Source: a virus
Taxonomy: Duplodnaviria; Caudoviricetes
IMG/VR virus record: IMGVR_UViG_3300030207_001617
Location: 1 to 37,378 of that record
Direction: 5' to 3' (one strand)
Length of the DNA: 37,378 nt
Shown here: positions 9,201 to 16,140 of the stretch, piece after piece
How positions within the stretch are numbered: the first letter of the stretch is position 1
Layout: every line of letters begins with the position of its first letter
Program-made: the position numbers and the translations under genes
The notes under the pieces: generated by a model
Seen by the model: only the letters and a program-made list of their open reading frames with translations
Database searches by the model: none
Told to the model about the DNA's origin: nothing

Positions 9201-10878
9201 TGTGCAATTTATATGTTTCCACAAAAGTATCACCTATAACAGAACTCATAGCGGCTGCAGAGTAACGATACGTGTCAGATTCAATATTTATCTCAAAACC
9301 TAGTTCTTTAGCTTGTGGAAATCTTTCATCTATATTATTAGCTATCCAAGTAAAGACTTCTTTTCGTAGTCCATCAAGATACGGGCCTGCTGGGTATTTT
9401 TCTTCGATTTGAGCCCAAGATGTAATTGGAACTCCTCTATCTGTAATGTTTAATTCTTGTACTGCTGTATTTACTATAAGATCATAGAGCTCATCTTCCT
9501 TTGCTCTATCTTCATTTATCAGTAAGTTTTTGCGCTTTTCAAACTCAGTGTGGTATTCAACGGCTTGAATTTTATTTTCATCTTGTTGATCTTGAGTAGC
9601 AACACTCATATCTATAGAACCTTTTAAAGCTGTATCATGGTCATACGCAGAGTCTTTTAACCACTGATTAAGATTATCAATTGTTTCTTGCGAGTTGCCT
9701 GCAAATAAACCAGCGTCTATCTTAAATAGTCTATTCTCCTCTCCTTCTGTTAAATTTGTATTTACAAAAGTTAGTTCTCCTACGCCAGCTTCCCAATCTC
9801 TATCTTCAATAACGATACCCATTCTAAGAAATTCATCTTTACGATTCATTAAATCTCTTAGCGCGGTGTTTTCTTTTTTCGTAAAATCTTCTTTTGTAAC
9901 TTGACCTACATTCTCAGCTCCAGATGCTTTAGCTCTATTATCTTGCTCTAGCTTTATACTTTCTCTTTCACTTAATACATTAATTAAATCACCCAGCCTT
10001 ACATCTCTTGCTATAGCTTCAGTTTTTGTCATAATGATATCAGGACCTACGTAATCTTCACCGTCTCTTTTAACTAATCGCAAGCTTTGAGCACTACCAC
10101 CTATGTATGTCCATTCCTCATTACCTATAGTAAAGTTCATGTCTTTACCCTCTACCTCTTCTATAGGTTCAGCGACATTACGGTTTTCGCTATAAAAATT
10201 TGTTTGATCTCTAGTGTTCTCGTAAATTCTCTTTTCAAGAGGATCTTGTTCTACTTCTTCTAAGCTTTGCGCTCCTGTTCTGGCAAGCTGTAGTTGGTTA
10301 TTTTGATTCTTAACCTGATCGTGTAGCGCGTTAATTTCGTCTTGAGTAGGTACGTAATCCTGGGTTGGATCACCTGAATCTAAACGATGTCTCCATTTAC
10401 TTGTAGCGTCGGGATTTTCTTTAGAAGGATCATATATTTTTTGACCTGTTTCTTCATCTATACTCCAGGCGTCTGGGTTATACCCTTGCTCTTCAAACCA
10501 CATGACCACATCTCCGTCACTATCAACATAGTTGCCCTCCGCATCTCTCGTATAGTCGCTTATATCACCAGCCCAATGATTGTTATCCCAATACTCTTGG
10601 TTTTCAGAATTAACGCCAGCTACAGCCATCTCTTCTCTAGATAACGTAGGTTCATCGTCTACCTGAATATTACCTTCTTGATCTTGTATACCGAGCGTAT
10701 TTTTCTTCCATGTCGCAAAATCACTTGAAGTAGCCCCTGTTTTAGCTAAAAATCTATATACATTTTCCTGGATACTTGGATCATTAGATATATTCGTTTT
10801 CCAAGTTGTAAACGTGCTTGAGGTTAAATCAAGCGACGTAAGATAATTCCAGATATTTTTTAGAATTTGTTCGTTCAT
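247..10878 (-). CDS. Giant (3543 aa) polyvalent virion/ejection protein: zincin peptidase, sigma-like, His-Me-finger-like, HAD phosphatase and C-terminal zinc-finger modules
   Basis: Uninterrupted ORF following the ejection-type genes. Motifs: HEFLH (aa 1465-1469), WDFDDTL/ILTAR/K/FADD (HAD motifs I-IV, aa ~2580-2720), two C-x9-C-x10-C-x2-H fingers at the C-terminus, Gly/Ala-rich hydrophobic helices at aa ~850-1180. Confidence 0.8.
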   Translation of the reverse strand: MNEQILKNIWNYLTSLDLTSSTFTTWKTNISNDPSIQENVYRFLAKTGATSSDFATWKKNTLGIQDQEGNIQVDDEPTLSREEMAVAGVNSENQEYWDNNHWAGDISDYTRDAEGNYVDSDGDVVMWFEEQGYNPDAWSIDEETGQKIYDPSKENPDATSKWRHRLDSGDPTQDYVPTQDEINALHDQVKNQNNQLQLARTGAQSLEEVEQDPLEKRIYENTRDQTNFYSENRNVAEPIEEVEGKDMNFTIGNEEWTYIGGSAQSLRLVKRDGEDYVGPDIIMTKTEAIARDVRLGDLINVLSERESIKLEQDNRAKASGAENVGQVTKEDFTKKENTALRDLMNRKDEFLRMGIVIEDRDWEAGVGELTFVNTNLTEGEENRLFKIDAGLFAGNSQETIDNLNQWLKDSAYDHDTALKGSIDMSVATQDQQDENKIQAVEYHTEFEKRKNLLINEDRAKEDELYDLIVNTAVQELNITDRGVPITSWAQIEEKYPAGPYLDGLRKEVFTWIANNIDERFPQAKELGFEINIESDTYRYSAAAMSSVIGDTFVETYKLHKGYEITEYFFNNGENAEYNKISDRQIDVVSKDLFIDQLDKAIKEAAPESGRGSQAEADRLGILGPGVSSEMIREIMKSDNPSALIASKYPEYADLLENLPSFNDIKQGVNASDPTVRETIIRSKKRQLDIEDGQANIMETLNASSSAWWAEEEFQQELDDEAKVRYNQLDADQKEKVRAVKGINRQIERNREALDKAILSFDRLRFNGKTAEDAIDEIMSKKYTTQEEVDAANKELDRIRNTYNAARDKIKTHLDAHKVYTGIAQNFEKQLDDVTIEFEDIGWYKEVIGDKVGQGVKFANAVYNGAIDLATGFIEIGGMVGDLVMAGMSKGWEELAEPDFEEAGWLEKDEEGEEKEEIWDWYQTTMWGDRRVIDAIETYKQDKDKYIQAPIRMSEVDSWGDFGEFAATAVGQQLPQLALMLATSGISSAALAGMASRKLTTRALLTMGGRLTAKQGVQYFSLGTLSANAMGSKYKRMREENELYRETDGLYGHNYSMAEMFVASIGTGVVEGLSERVTYGIIADATKGMTRAGRAAAWGEMKSLGFKKYMAKNVFSTSGLKHAGLHTGQFLSEGASEALARTGENWFDILTGKDVGLFDGVDEAFVTGLLVAGTIKSGPMFSHAIAPFMHPDTKSMLDSVAARRKKLEERKADALTLPEGRMKKQLLDEISQELADLEVELAKLQEVDTQRMALFKPAEKKRLNRWFKKQSNLRFKIAEIWKEVGKGKTPNDEQLKRLQDLQNEINKIENKRQKLLDQYTPNIVINNYDKIMRNIKRQAKHFSKRAFGNKTAITTLEGDSEKLLTYLREKAEQGALDPKTVSDTIKYYREIVENEDTTEQEKADAQRHIDNINAILPILRETAAQEGSGQYGTFFPIIEGNKVVGYELFINKDTALKDGNFTTAAHEFLHSVLHNSIHQDPVVRQLFAKNMIELLQSGDVQWTNQNAMMNFWGKILSYEDGMLNGEEMMTNLSEAMINGHVKIKRKGLGRIGGMVDRILGMAGTGAGYSFGTQENLKRFLINYSDSVKKNYVNRTLLKSAVKKDGITGELSLTIPAGTNWKGETLTEDKVVTLKELQKDIRETEGAVSFSRAVDNLLRSDPSLLMEFDNTIMKPDGTRITTKEELLQHPNLMDEAYKLIRNTTKLDGLIRGVAIQEGLDLSDGKLQVFMNKVKDNLSMRYLTQFNPAKNESLFGWLAGTFGMENAAIRYAIRDVKKEFATTVSTVSFDAPMDDTGTTYAEGLADTDATPDEGISMNEGADGLTIFLASLNTAPALANKIRAIVETSGIDIAGLTYKGVKKLLVGPNAPLKGVIDLVANEFGIPTKKIVENKDLDGTQRTAAQQFVVDNAQALLDMLPEGQNQSGMAVGLPRVLLNKFYEKGPRVEVKKGAAPKGGQKYAQNKRGDITIEEFNAAFGINTDGTFENNKKFDGALRALATQAAVITANQTLRQVAIDNSTNPTRDIALLGDGKGALMFSRKPNRSRTAGAGFAAIPQAISKLGTESQNIFYTRMPLLAQAIVSNAIAIEDGKKINKEKKFTKPAIESAVNKVYKDALTQEEISIIANAAMKVAMGNTVKAQSRITEDRAPVVEQQIVDGLYKQSLDESTKLGTFFGTGQMTWEMKDPKGTYVAEMQAQAIAYIQQRVNKIKTKHKDPQKQGYEIMRFIVTIGQQLHTAAKIGGNRNQYFTGPLYIEQVWRSIPGLEFNLTDKGIIDYSSITYNNEQILVPDRYTSGKNKYRTKTNKAGEVVYRPAEPKDFISPQTSKSAVDAWLHDYFNNTDELSRRNANAEYAGEILVDQIKHYSELYNNEKIGAKHMQMLVSNLLSNMQPVLGRAAMLEGISEDLLPPNWQGLGIEKIQQWHKDNNTFNKINGKSHPGEAVYEHMQQRVAIGLGLVHAELFGEGASTSMLNNFKVSIISKRMDDVLKARGLQTALYELQNLDDDAFVRYFNELTLKDPEWNVGFIKLDKQAQRSDVADLRARVAEILQPKIEAIEQTRIANVALEFSRKPSDGRKGVSVWDFDDTLARTESDVLFTAADGTTGRLTAEEFAKRGKDLLDQGHVFDFSEFNKVQGGKPGPLFDKALERAKKFGTKDTFILTARAPESQPAIKQFLDSIGLRIPSENIVGLGNSTGKAKADWITENIIGKGYNDIYFADDAMQNVEAVQDVLNRFDVKGVTQQAKIEFSRKGANRLSKILEQGELDLSRDFNTILEETKGVGRQKRFSPAKANKRGRDKGKFQFFLPPSAEDFKGLIYSFLGKGKIGEQHHEWFKKNLFDPFSKGIRHLNAVKQAVANDVKQLKNALPEVKRKLRKTIPGMEFTYQDAIRVYNWNRMGIEVPGLSQTDLDSLLDVVKKDEGLRAFADGLNSIMQQSVQQDITPDNSWLAGTIESDISDALANAREIYLREFIENSDIVFNEENLNKIEAVYGTRFREALEDMLYRMRTGSTRNFGSNKMMNNFVNWVHGSIGATMFFNARSALLQQLSILNFINWHDNNPLKAAGAVANLPQFVADIAMIFNSPWLKQRRGGIGTDLNAAELLKEMQGSKNPMKSLIAYLLRVGFTPTQIGDSAAIATGGAMFYRNRVKSYMKKGMSRAEAESQAFLDMQEIAEETQQSTREDKISQQQASPLGKLILAFQNTPMQYNRLMKRAAQDWINGRGDPKEHGSKILYYGMVQSLIFYGLQQGLFAALFGDDEEDELTEDKKVRLLNGMMDSVLRGAGIAGAVVSTVKNTILEFMEQEKKADDGKFYTEPDHAYTLLEGLNLSPPIGIKARKMYSALQTWEFNRDVIKHMDKTDLDNPMYDALFNIVEATTNLPLHRMYNKYQNIQEALNSDNETWQRIAIFLGWSRYNFGIRNQDVMTARDEVKEIKAVEAEERREQKKIEKQAEIDAQNEAIIQEHIEEQNLQREDGVDEKSITCAAINKSGKRCGKKVLPGQSYCTIHEKVEQRPDGKKTQCTHVKASGVRCKMQTTNKSGKCYYHD

Positions 10879-10888
10879 TTAATTAGCT

Positions 10889-12217
10889 TTAGCCCATGTT
10901 GTTGCCACCCTCTTTATCGGCAGCAAGTCCTCTCCTATTATCTCGACCTTGTTGTGTAGCATCTTCCCAGTTTTGTTTCTCAATACCAGCTATCCACTCG
11001 CTTAAATATTTTCTAGCTATCTTTGGATGGTTCTTCATTTCATTAGCTATTAAGCGCCTAGTTTCCATTATCTTATAGGTAGCCTCTTGCTGTTCTTCTA
11101 AAGACTTATATGTGCCAGTTGGTGGTTCTTTTACCAATAAACTCCATTCGTCTTCAGTTATTTGACCGTCACTAGGTTGATTAGGATCTAAAGCCTCAAG
11201 ATCTGGATTTCCTTTAATTGGTATAGGATCACCCTGCCAAACTGGATTTTCGTCAGACATAAAGTCATCTACAAATGTATTACTCTTGTGATATATTGGG
11301 TCTAAAAAATAAGTTTCAATATCACCTTCATCCATGTCAGCAGCGATATCTAACGCTCTATCATCCCAATTTGGTTCACGTACATTACCGGCAAAAGCGT
11401 TATCTCGAACTTTGTTTAAGCTTTCTTTTGAACTGGTTCTTAATTCAGATGGAGCTATACCGTCTGCAACTATTTTATCTATTTCAGCTTTTCTATATTT
11501 CTTTATATACTTACCCTCCTCGTTTTTTTCATAACCCGCAGCTTCAGCAGCTGCGTCATCTTCAAACCTACCATCTTCTGCTGTTATAGTTAAAACCATT
11601 TCTTTACCATCATCCCATTCTATACTAGGATTACCTGGCTCCATTTTAGATAAAATACCAAGATCTGTTTGGAGGTTTTTATCGTGTTTTATTTTATTAC
11701 TCCAACCTCCGCCATTACCGCCATGAACTCCAGCCGCAGTTTCCATGCTACCCTTTATAGCATTAAGTTCTGAAGCTCTAGTTTGTTGGTTTCTCAATAG
11801 CTCTGCAGCTTCTCTTTTTTTACCTTCTTTAACAAGATCTATATACTCTTGTCTATATCCTTCCTCTAAATCAATAAACTGATCATACATCTCAGGTGTA
11901 GTCCAAGTTTGTCGTTGTGCTACAGAAGTCATTCCTTCATCAAATGCTATCTCCGCTTCTTCAGTTAAGTCAGCTATCCTTTTCTCTTCCGCTTCTCTCT
12001 CTTCTTTTTTAGCCTCCTCTCTAGCGTCTTTTACAGCTAATCCTGTAGCTACGCCCATACCTACGGTAGCAGCGGCATCTCCAACCGCACCAAGAGTTTG
12101 CGCTTGATTTAATAATCGTTGAGCTTCACCTGGTCTAGGTCCAGCTTCTCTTACAGCTCTTCTAGTTGCATCTGATAATCCGTAACTTGGGGTTGTTGTT
12201 GTTGTTGTTGTAGCCAT
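10889..12217 (-). CDS. Putative internal virion/ejection protein (442 aa)
   Basis: Lies between a pilot-like gene and the giant protein. Gly/Ala hydrophobic patch (GAVGDAAATVGMGVATGLAV) followed by a charged coiled coil; N-terminal poly-Thr. Confidence 0.5.
   Translation of the reverse strand: MATTTTTTTPSYGLSDATRRAVREAGPRPGEAQRLLNQAQTLGAVGDAAATVGMGVATGLAVKDAREEAKKEEREAEEKRIADLTEEAEIAFDEGMTSVAQRQTWTTPEMYDQFIDLEEGYRQEYIDLVKEGKKREAAELLRNQQTRASELNAIKGSMETAAGVHGGNGGGWSNKIKHDKNLQTDLGILSKMEPGNPSIEWDDGKEMVLTITAEDGRFEDDAAAEAAGYEKNEEGKYIKKYRKAEIDKIVADGIAPSELRTSSKESLNKVRDNAFAGNVREPNWDDRALDIAADMDEGDIETYFLDPIYHKSNTFVDDFMSDENPVWQGDPIPIKGNPDLEALDPNQPSDGQITEDEWSLLVKEPPTGTYKSLEEQQEATYKIMETRRLIANEMKNHPKIARKYLSEWIAGIEKQNWEDATQQGRDNRRGLAADKEGGNNMG
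12190..12211. repeat. Trinucleotide (ACA)n microsatellite encoding poly-Thr at the N-terminus of the 442-aa ORF
   Basis: Plus strand reads ggttgttgttgttgttgttgt; protein begins MATTTTTTTP. Confidence 0.75.
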
Positions 12218-12226
12218 AATTATTTA

Positions 12227-12910
12227 TTAAGAAGTTTCTCGTGCTGCGTAAGCTCCTGCTGCGCTACCTAGGCCACTAGCTATATCACCCATAGCATCCA
12301 TGCTAGACTGTTGAGCTGATGCAACTAGCGCATTCGCTGCCGATACGTCACCTGCAGCTAGACCCATTAGAGCATCGACTTTATCAGCCTCCATTTGTCT
12401 AGATTTAAGTTCACCTTCGATTTCAAGATCCATAAGCCTCTGATCTTCACCAAGCTGAGTTTCTTGTATTTTAGCCGCTTCTTCTGCTGCTGCTTTTTGG
12501 TTAGCCGCTTCTTGTTCGCCAATAGTCGCCGATGCTTTCTGAGCATCTAACGCGCCTTGATTAGCCAGCGATTGAGCTAATGCTGCAATACCAGAAGATC
12601 CTGCAGCACCTTGCATTGATTGCATAATGTTAGCCTGATTCTGCATTGACTGTTGTTTTTGAAACTCTGCTTCCTGCTGGTTTACAGTGAGATCCTCCAT
12701 GGTGTTCTCCATGTTCTCGTACACATTTTGCATACCCTTATATGGATTACTTGTATCGAGTTGTTCAAAAGCAGCTTTCTGCTTATCCATCTCAACACGC
12801 GCTTTTTCAGCTTCCTTAGCAGCTTCTTTAGCGGCTTTATTGGATTTAATCATTTTAGCCACGCCTATACCGGCGCTTATAACGCCTGTTGCAACCGCTA
12901 CAAAACTCAT
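12227..12910 (-). CDS. Putative DNA ejection/pilot protein (227 aa)
   Basis: Hydrophobic Gly/Ala N-terminus (MSFVAVATGVISAGIGVAKMI), Q/A/E-rich coiled coil and Gly/Ala C-terminus, typical of podovirus ejection proteins; position after the tail genes. Confidence 0.6.
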   Translation of the reverse strand: MSFVAVATGVISAGIGVAKMIKSNKAAKEAAKEAEKARVEMDKQKAAFEQLDTSNPYKGMQNVYENMENTMEDLTVNQQEAEFQKQQSMQNQANIMQSMQGAAGSSGIAALAQSLANQGALDAQKASATIGEQEAANQKAAAEEAAKIQETQLGEDQRLMDLEIEGELKSRQMEADKVDALMGLAAGDVSAANALVASAQQSSMDAMGDIASGLGSAAGAYAARETS

Positions 12911-12913
12911 AAT

Positions 12914-13411
12914 TTATTTATTTTTAATATATTCTTCATACTCTTCGTAAGTTAAAGCAACTATGTCTTTTTCTAATTGATCGATATCTTCAGTGTTGCT
13001 TGGGTTTTTATGTGTGTTGTACCACACTGAATCTTCATGAGCATACAATACTCGTTTAATACCTGGCGTAGATACAATAAAACATGGCGCTATATGATCT
13101 ACAGTTTCTTCTTCGTTACTAACAGTAATTTTACCTTTAAGCAAAAAGCACATGTGTAAGTGTTTGTGTATAGCGCCAATAACTATAGTGTCCTTAAACA
13201 TCGTCATCTCTCTCACATAGACCCCATCCATAAAAAAATGTCTGATAGGTACTAGTTTACTGTCGTTTACTATTGGCTTTTCTTTAGTACCAGCCACGAT
13301 ATTAACGCCGTCTGCTAATTCTTTTAGATTATTTTCTAAAGAAACTACAGCAGTTCTAAAGTCTTTGGATAACTCAGATTTAGATTTTTTTTGTAACTTG
13401 TTATCAGTCAT
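12914..13411 (-). CDS. Cupin-fold protein (165 aa)
   Basis: HFFMDGVYVREM...GAIHKHLHMCFLLKGKITV...PGIKRVLYAHEDSVWYNTH matches the double-stranded beta-helix pattern with an HxH metal site. Confidence 0.65.
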   Translation of the reverse strand: MTDNKLQKKSKSELSKDFRTAVVSLENNLKELADGVNIVAGTKEKPIVNDSKLVPIRHFFMDGVYVREMTMFKDTIVIGAIHKHLHMCFLLKGKITVSNEEETVDHIAPCFIVSTPGIKRVLYAHEDSVWYNTHKNPSNTEDIDQLEKDIVALTYEEYEEYIKNK

Positions 13412-13429
13412 TTAATTTAATTAAAGTAT

Positions 13430-13452
13430 ACTGATATATAGTTACACTTTTT
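13430..13452 (-). promoter_or_regulatory. Candidate phage promoter-like element upstream of the cupin/ejection gene block
   Basis: Minus strand AAAAAGTGTAACTATATATCAG in one of the few intergenic gaps; resembles GTGTGATATAGATATTAG at 37221-37238. Confidence 0.3.
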
Positions 13453-13470
13453 AGTGTTTTTTTACTAATT

Positions 13471-13836
13471 TTACACGCTACTTTGGAACATGTCCATGGT
13501 GACTGCATATAACTCAGCTTCGGCAGTTGAGTCATTGGTCATTTTAACTTCTGCGTAATATCCAAGAGGTGAACTTAAATTAGCTTTATTATTTTTAGAA
13601 AATAATATAAACTGTTCGCCAGATTTTTCACCTGCCCAACCCGCTATAGTAGAATATACTTTAACAGTAGGTGTAGCCTCTCTATCAGCTATTTCTACTA
13701 TTGTGCCTATCTCTGTTACATTTGTGTTATTGACTTTAAATCCTCCGTCAGTAGCTGTGTCCACGTAATACGCGGTATCACCCACTTGACATGATACATT
13801 TAAAGGTTGTGTGAATTCTAAAGTTACTATTGCCAT
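13471..13836 (-). CDS. Small beta-rich tail-associated protein (121 aa)
   Basis: Translationally coupled (TAATG overlap at 13836) to the 764-aa gene; beta-strand-like composition; tail module position. Confidence 0.5.
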   Translation of the reverse strand: MAIVTLEFTQPLNVSCQVGDTAYYVDTATDGGFKVNNTNVTEIGTIVEIADREATPTVKVYSTIAGWAGEKSGEQFILFSKNNKANLSSPLGYYAEVKMTNDSTAEAELYAVTMDMFQSSV

Positions 13837-16130
13837 TATGATACTTCTGTTGCTTTTAATACGCTTTCTATATGCACTGGTAGAGATACACTATTGTTAA
13901 TATTATCTACGTTTAAATATCCAGATATAGTCCCTACCTCTTGACTTCCAGCAGGTGAACCGTGACTAGTAGTAATATCACCCTGAACGTGTAGAATTGT
14001 TACCCCAGCTGTTGATAGATTATCACTTGTGCTAGGATCTTCCCCAACAATAAGTTGAGTTCCAGCACTCATTGTTACTGCTTCAGATAAGTTTATTGCT
14101 TGAGGACTAGATATCGTGCTAATACTAGTTATTTTTACATAAGCATCGCCACTGAGTGAAGATATTCCAGAAGCTCGAGCAACCATACCAGGCACTACAT
14201 TATAGACATCTTCCCTTATAGGTATTAATGTAGCGGCACTTACGTTTGAGTCTACTGTTAATACAATAGAAGAACCTCCTTGCGTACCACCAATAGCGCT
14301 TTGAGGCTTATAATCATTACCGGTTTGCACGCTTAAATCCTGATAATCTGAATCAGCACCTTGTCCAGCTGGAATAGCTAAAGCAAATGGAAAAATTCTA
14401 GCTCCAGGTTCTTCAAATTTAACTACGCTTCCAGAAGCTATAGTAGATGCTGCGCTAAGAGTTATATTAGTCTCATTAACTCTTGCGACTGTTGTAAGAT
14501 GTGGAACACCGTTAGTGTTGAATGGAGTCATAACATACATACCTTCCCTAATTGCGGGATTAGGCGTCTTAATCTGTAATACAGTTCCACTTGATAACGT
14601 CGCCCCGCACGTAGCACTTGTTGACTGATTTGTTTTAGAACCTGTTGTTGAAGTTATCTGTTGCCCAGGCCTACGCGTAAATGATGCTGTAACTGCTGGA
14701 GATAAATCCCAGTTATTAGCCGTACCAGCCGTTGCTGTTAATGTTATTGTATGAGTACCTTCTTGAACAATTGGATTGTCACCCGGCATAGTTGGTATTG
14801 TTGAAGAAAACTCTGTATTAGCTATAGGTTCTAAATACAATTCATACCTTGTTTCTGCTGAAGCGCTTGGCATAAGTACAGAGTGTGTTATTTGAGCTGG
14901 TTGTCCATTTGAACTTGGTATTTCATAGTTATCATCCGTAGGTTTATTTGTCTGAAAACTGTTAGTTTGAAAGTTATAGTAAGCTAGAGTAGAAGCAGGT
15001 TGAGTAGTTGTTGTGCTACTGGTTTTGTATAAAACTGGAGTGTATTTAGCTCTTCTAGTACCTCTAACTATAATATCGTGATACCCAGCAGCAGACCCAA
15101 ACGAACTAGGTATTTGAATACTTTTGATTACCGGATTTATTAAATCTACTACTTCAGGTGGGTCAAATATTTCTAAGTCCCATACTATAGTATGTCCAAG
15201 AGAACACACGTCGCCAGCTTCGTTGTCTAGTGCAAAATCTGAATCCACAGGATTTAAATTTATATCTAAATACTCAGCGTAAGATAGATTGTCGCTATTA
15301 TTAATACTCGCGTTATTGAGTATGTATGCGTATGCGTATGCGAAGTTTGCCCACGATTGCCCTTGATCTGGAATATCTAATTGCGGTGTCGATCCAGTAA
15401 AATAGAAATCATGAGTCGTAAATACCGGATCTCCTGCTCCAGGTAGCGGATCAATTTCCGCTCCTAAATGTTTTCTTCTAGCTAAAACTCTTACAAATGG
15501 ATATGAACTGCCTTCATTATAATTAGTTATAGATCCCTCAAATTTATATTTATAATAACCATCGGCTTCAGCTGTGGTAGAATTTACAAGTGTTCTAGTT
15601 ATATCTCCACCACTTGCCGCTAGCTCTGTCCAAGTAGTCGTGTTTGTAGTAGGAATATAAAAACCATAAGTTATATTTGCGTGATAAGTAACTTTTAAAA
15701 AGAAACAAATGCTTCTAGATGGGTTATTTGAAATTGCATCACCAGTACTACCATCAGGAAGCGTGACTGTTTTTTCATCAATATCTATATAATAAGTAGC
15801 GTCAGCAGAAGGCGTCGTTGATCCAAAAGTAACTCGAGCTCTAACCGTGTTGTTTATATTCCCAGCTATACCTAAATCCGTAAATTGCACCTTAGATATA
15901 CCCGTATCGACATTACCGCCTTCCCATATACCAGTGTCTGAGGTGGCGCTACCGCTACCATCTGTTTCTGTAGCACCACCAATTTTAAAATCTGCAGCTT
16001 TCATATTAAAGCCTGAATGCACGCCCGTATCAGGATTAACTGGAGTAATAGTAACATCTATTGTATCACCACTAAGGTTATCCCCTCCAGTACTTGATCC
16101 TGTTCCAGCTATTGTATACCAAATTGCCAT
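13836..16130 (-). CDS. Tail-associated structural protein (764 aa), Thr/Ser/Gly-rich, possible fibre/appendage
   Basis: Directly downstream of the muzzle gene; T/S/G-rich beta composition; two internal repeats of a small beta module. Confidence 0.55.
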   Translation of the reverse strand: MAIWYTIAGTGSSTGGDNLSGDTIDVTITPVNPDTGVHSGFNMKAADFKIGGATETDGSGSATSDTGIWEGGNVDTGISKVQFTDLGIAGNINNTVRARVTFGSTTPSADATYYIDIDEKTVTLPDGSTGDAISNNPSRSICFFLKVTYHANITYGFYIPTTNTTTWTELAASGGDITRTLVNSTTAEADGYYKYKFEGSITNYNEGSSYPFVRVLARRKHLGAEIDPLPGAGDPVFTTHDFYFTGSTPQLDIPDQGQSWANFAYAYAYILNNASINNSDNLSYAEYLDINLNPVDSDFALDNEAGDVCSLGHTIVWDLEIFDPPEVVDLINPVIKSIQIPSSFGSAAGYHDIIVRGTRRAKYTPVLYKTSSTTTTQPASTLAYYNFQTNSFQTNKPTDDNYEIPSSNGQPAQITHSVLMPSASAETRYELYLEPIANTEFSSTIPTMPGDNPIVQEGTHTITLTATAGTANNWDLSPAVTASFTRRPGQQITSTTGSKTNQSTSATCGATLSSGTVLQIKTPNPAIREGMYVMTPFNTNGVPHLTTVARVNETNITLSAASTIASGSVVKFEEPGARIFPFALAIPAGQGADSDYQDLSVQTGNDYKPQSAIGGTQGGSSIVLTVDSNVSAATLIPIREDVYNVVPGMVARASGISSLSGDAYVKITSISTISSPQAINLSEAVTMSAGTQLIVGEDPSTSDNLSTAGVTILHVQGDITTSHGSPAGSQEVGTISGYLNVDNINNSVSLPVHIESVLKATEVS

Positions 16131-16140
16131 GCTATTATCT

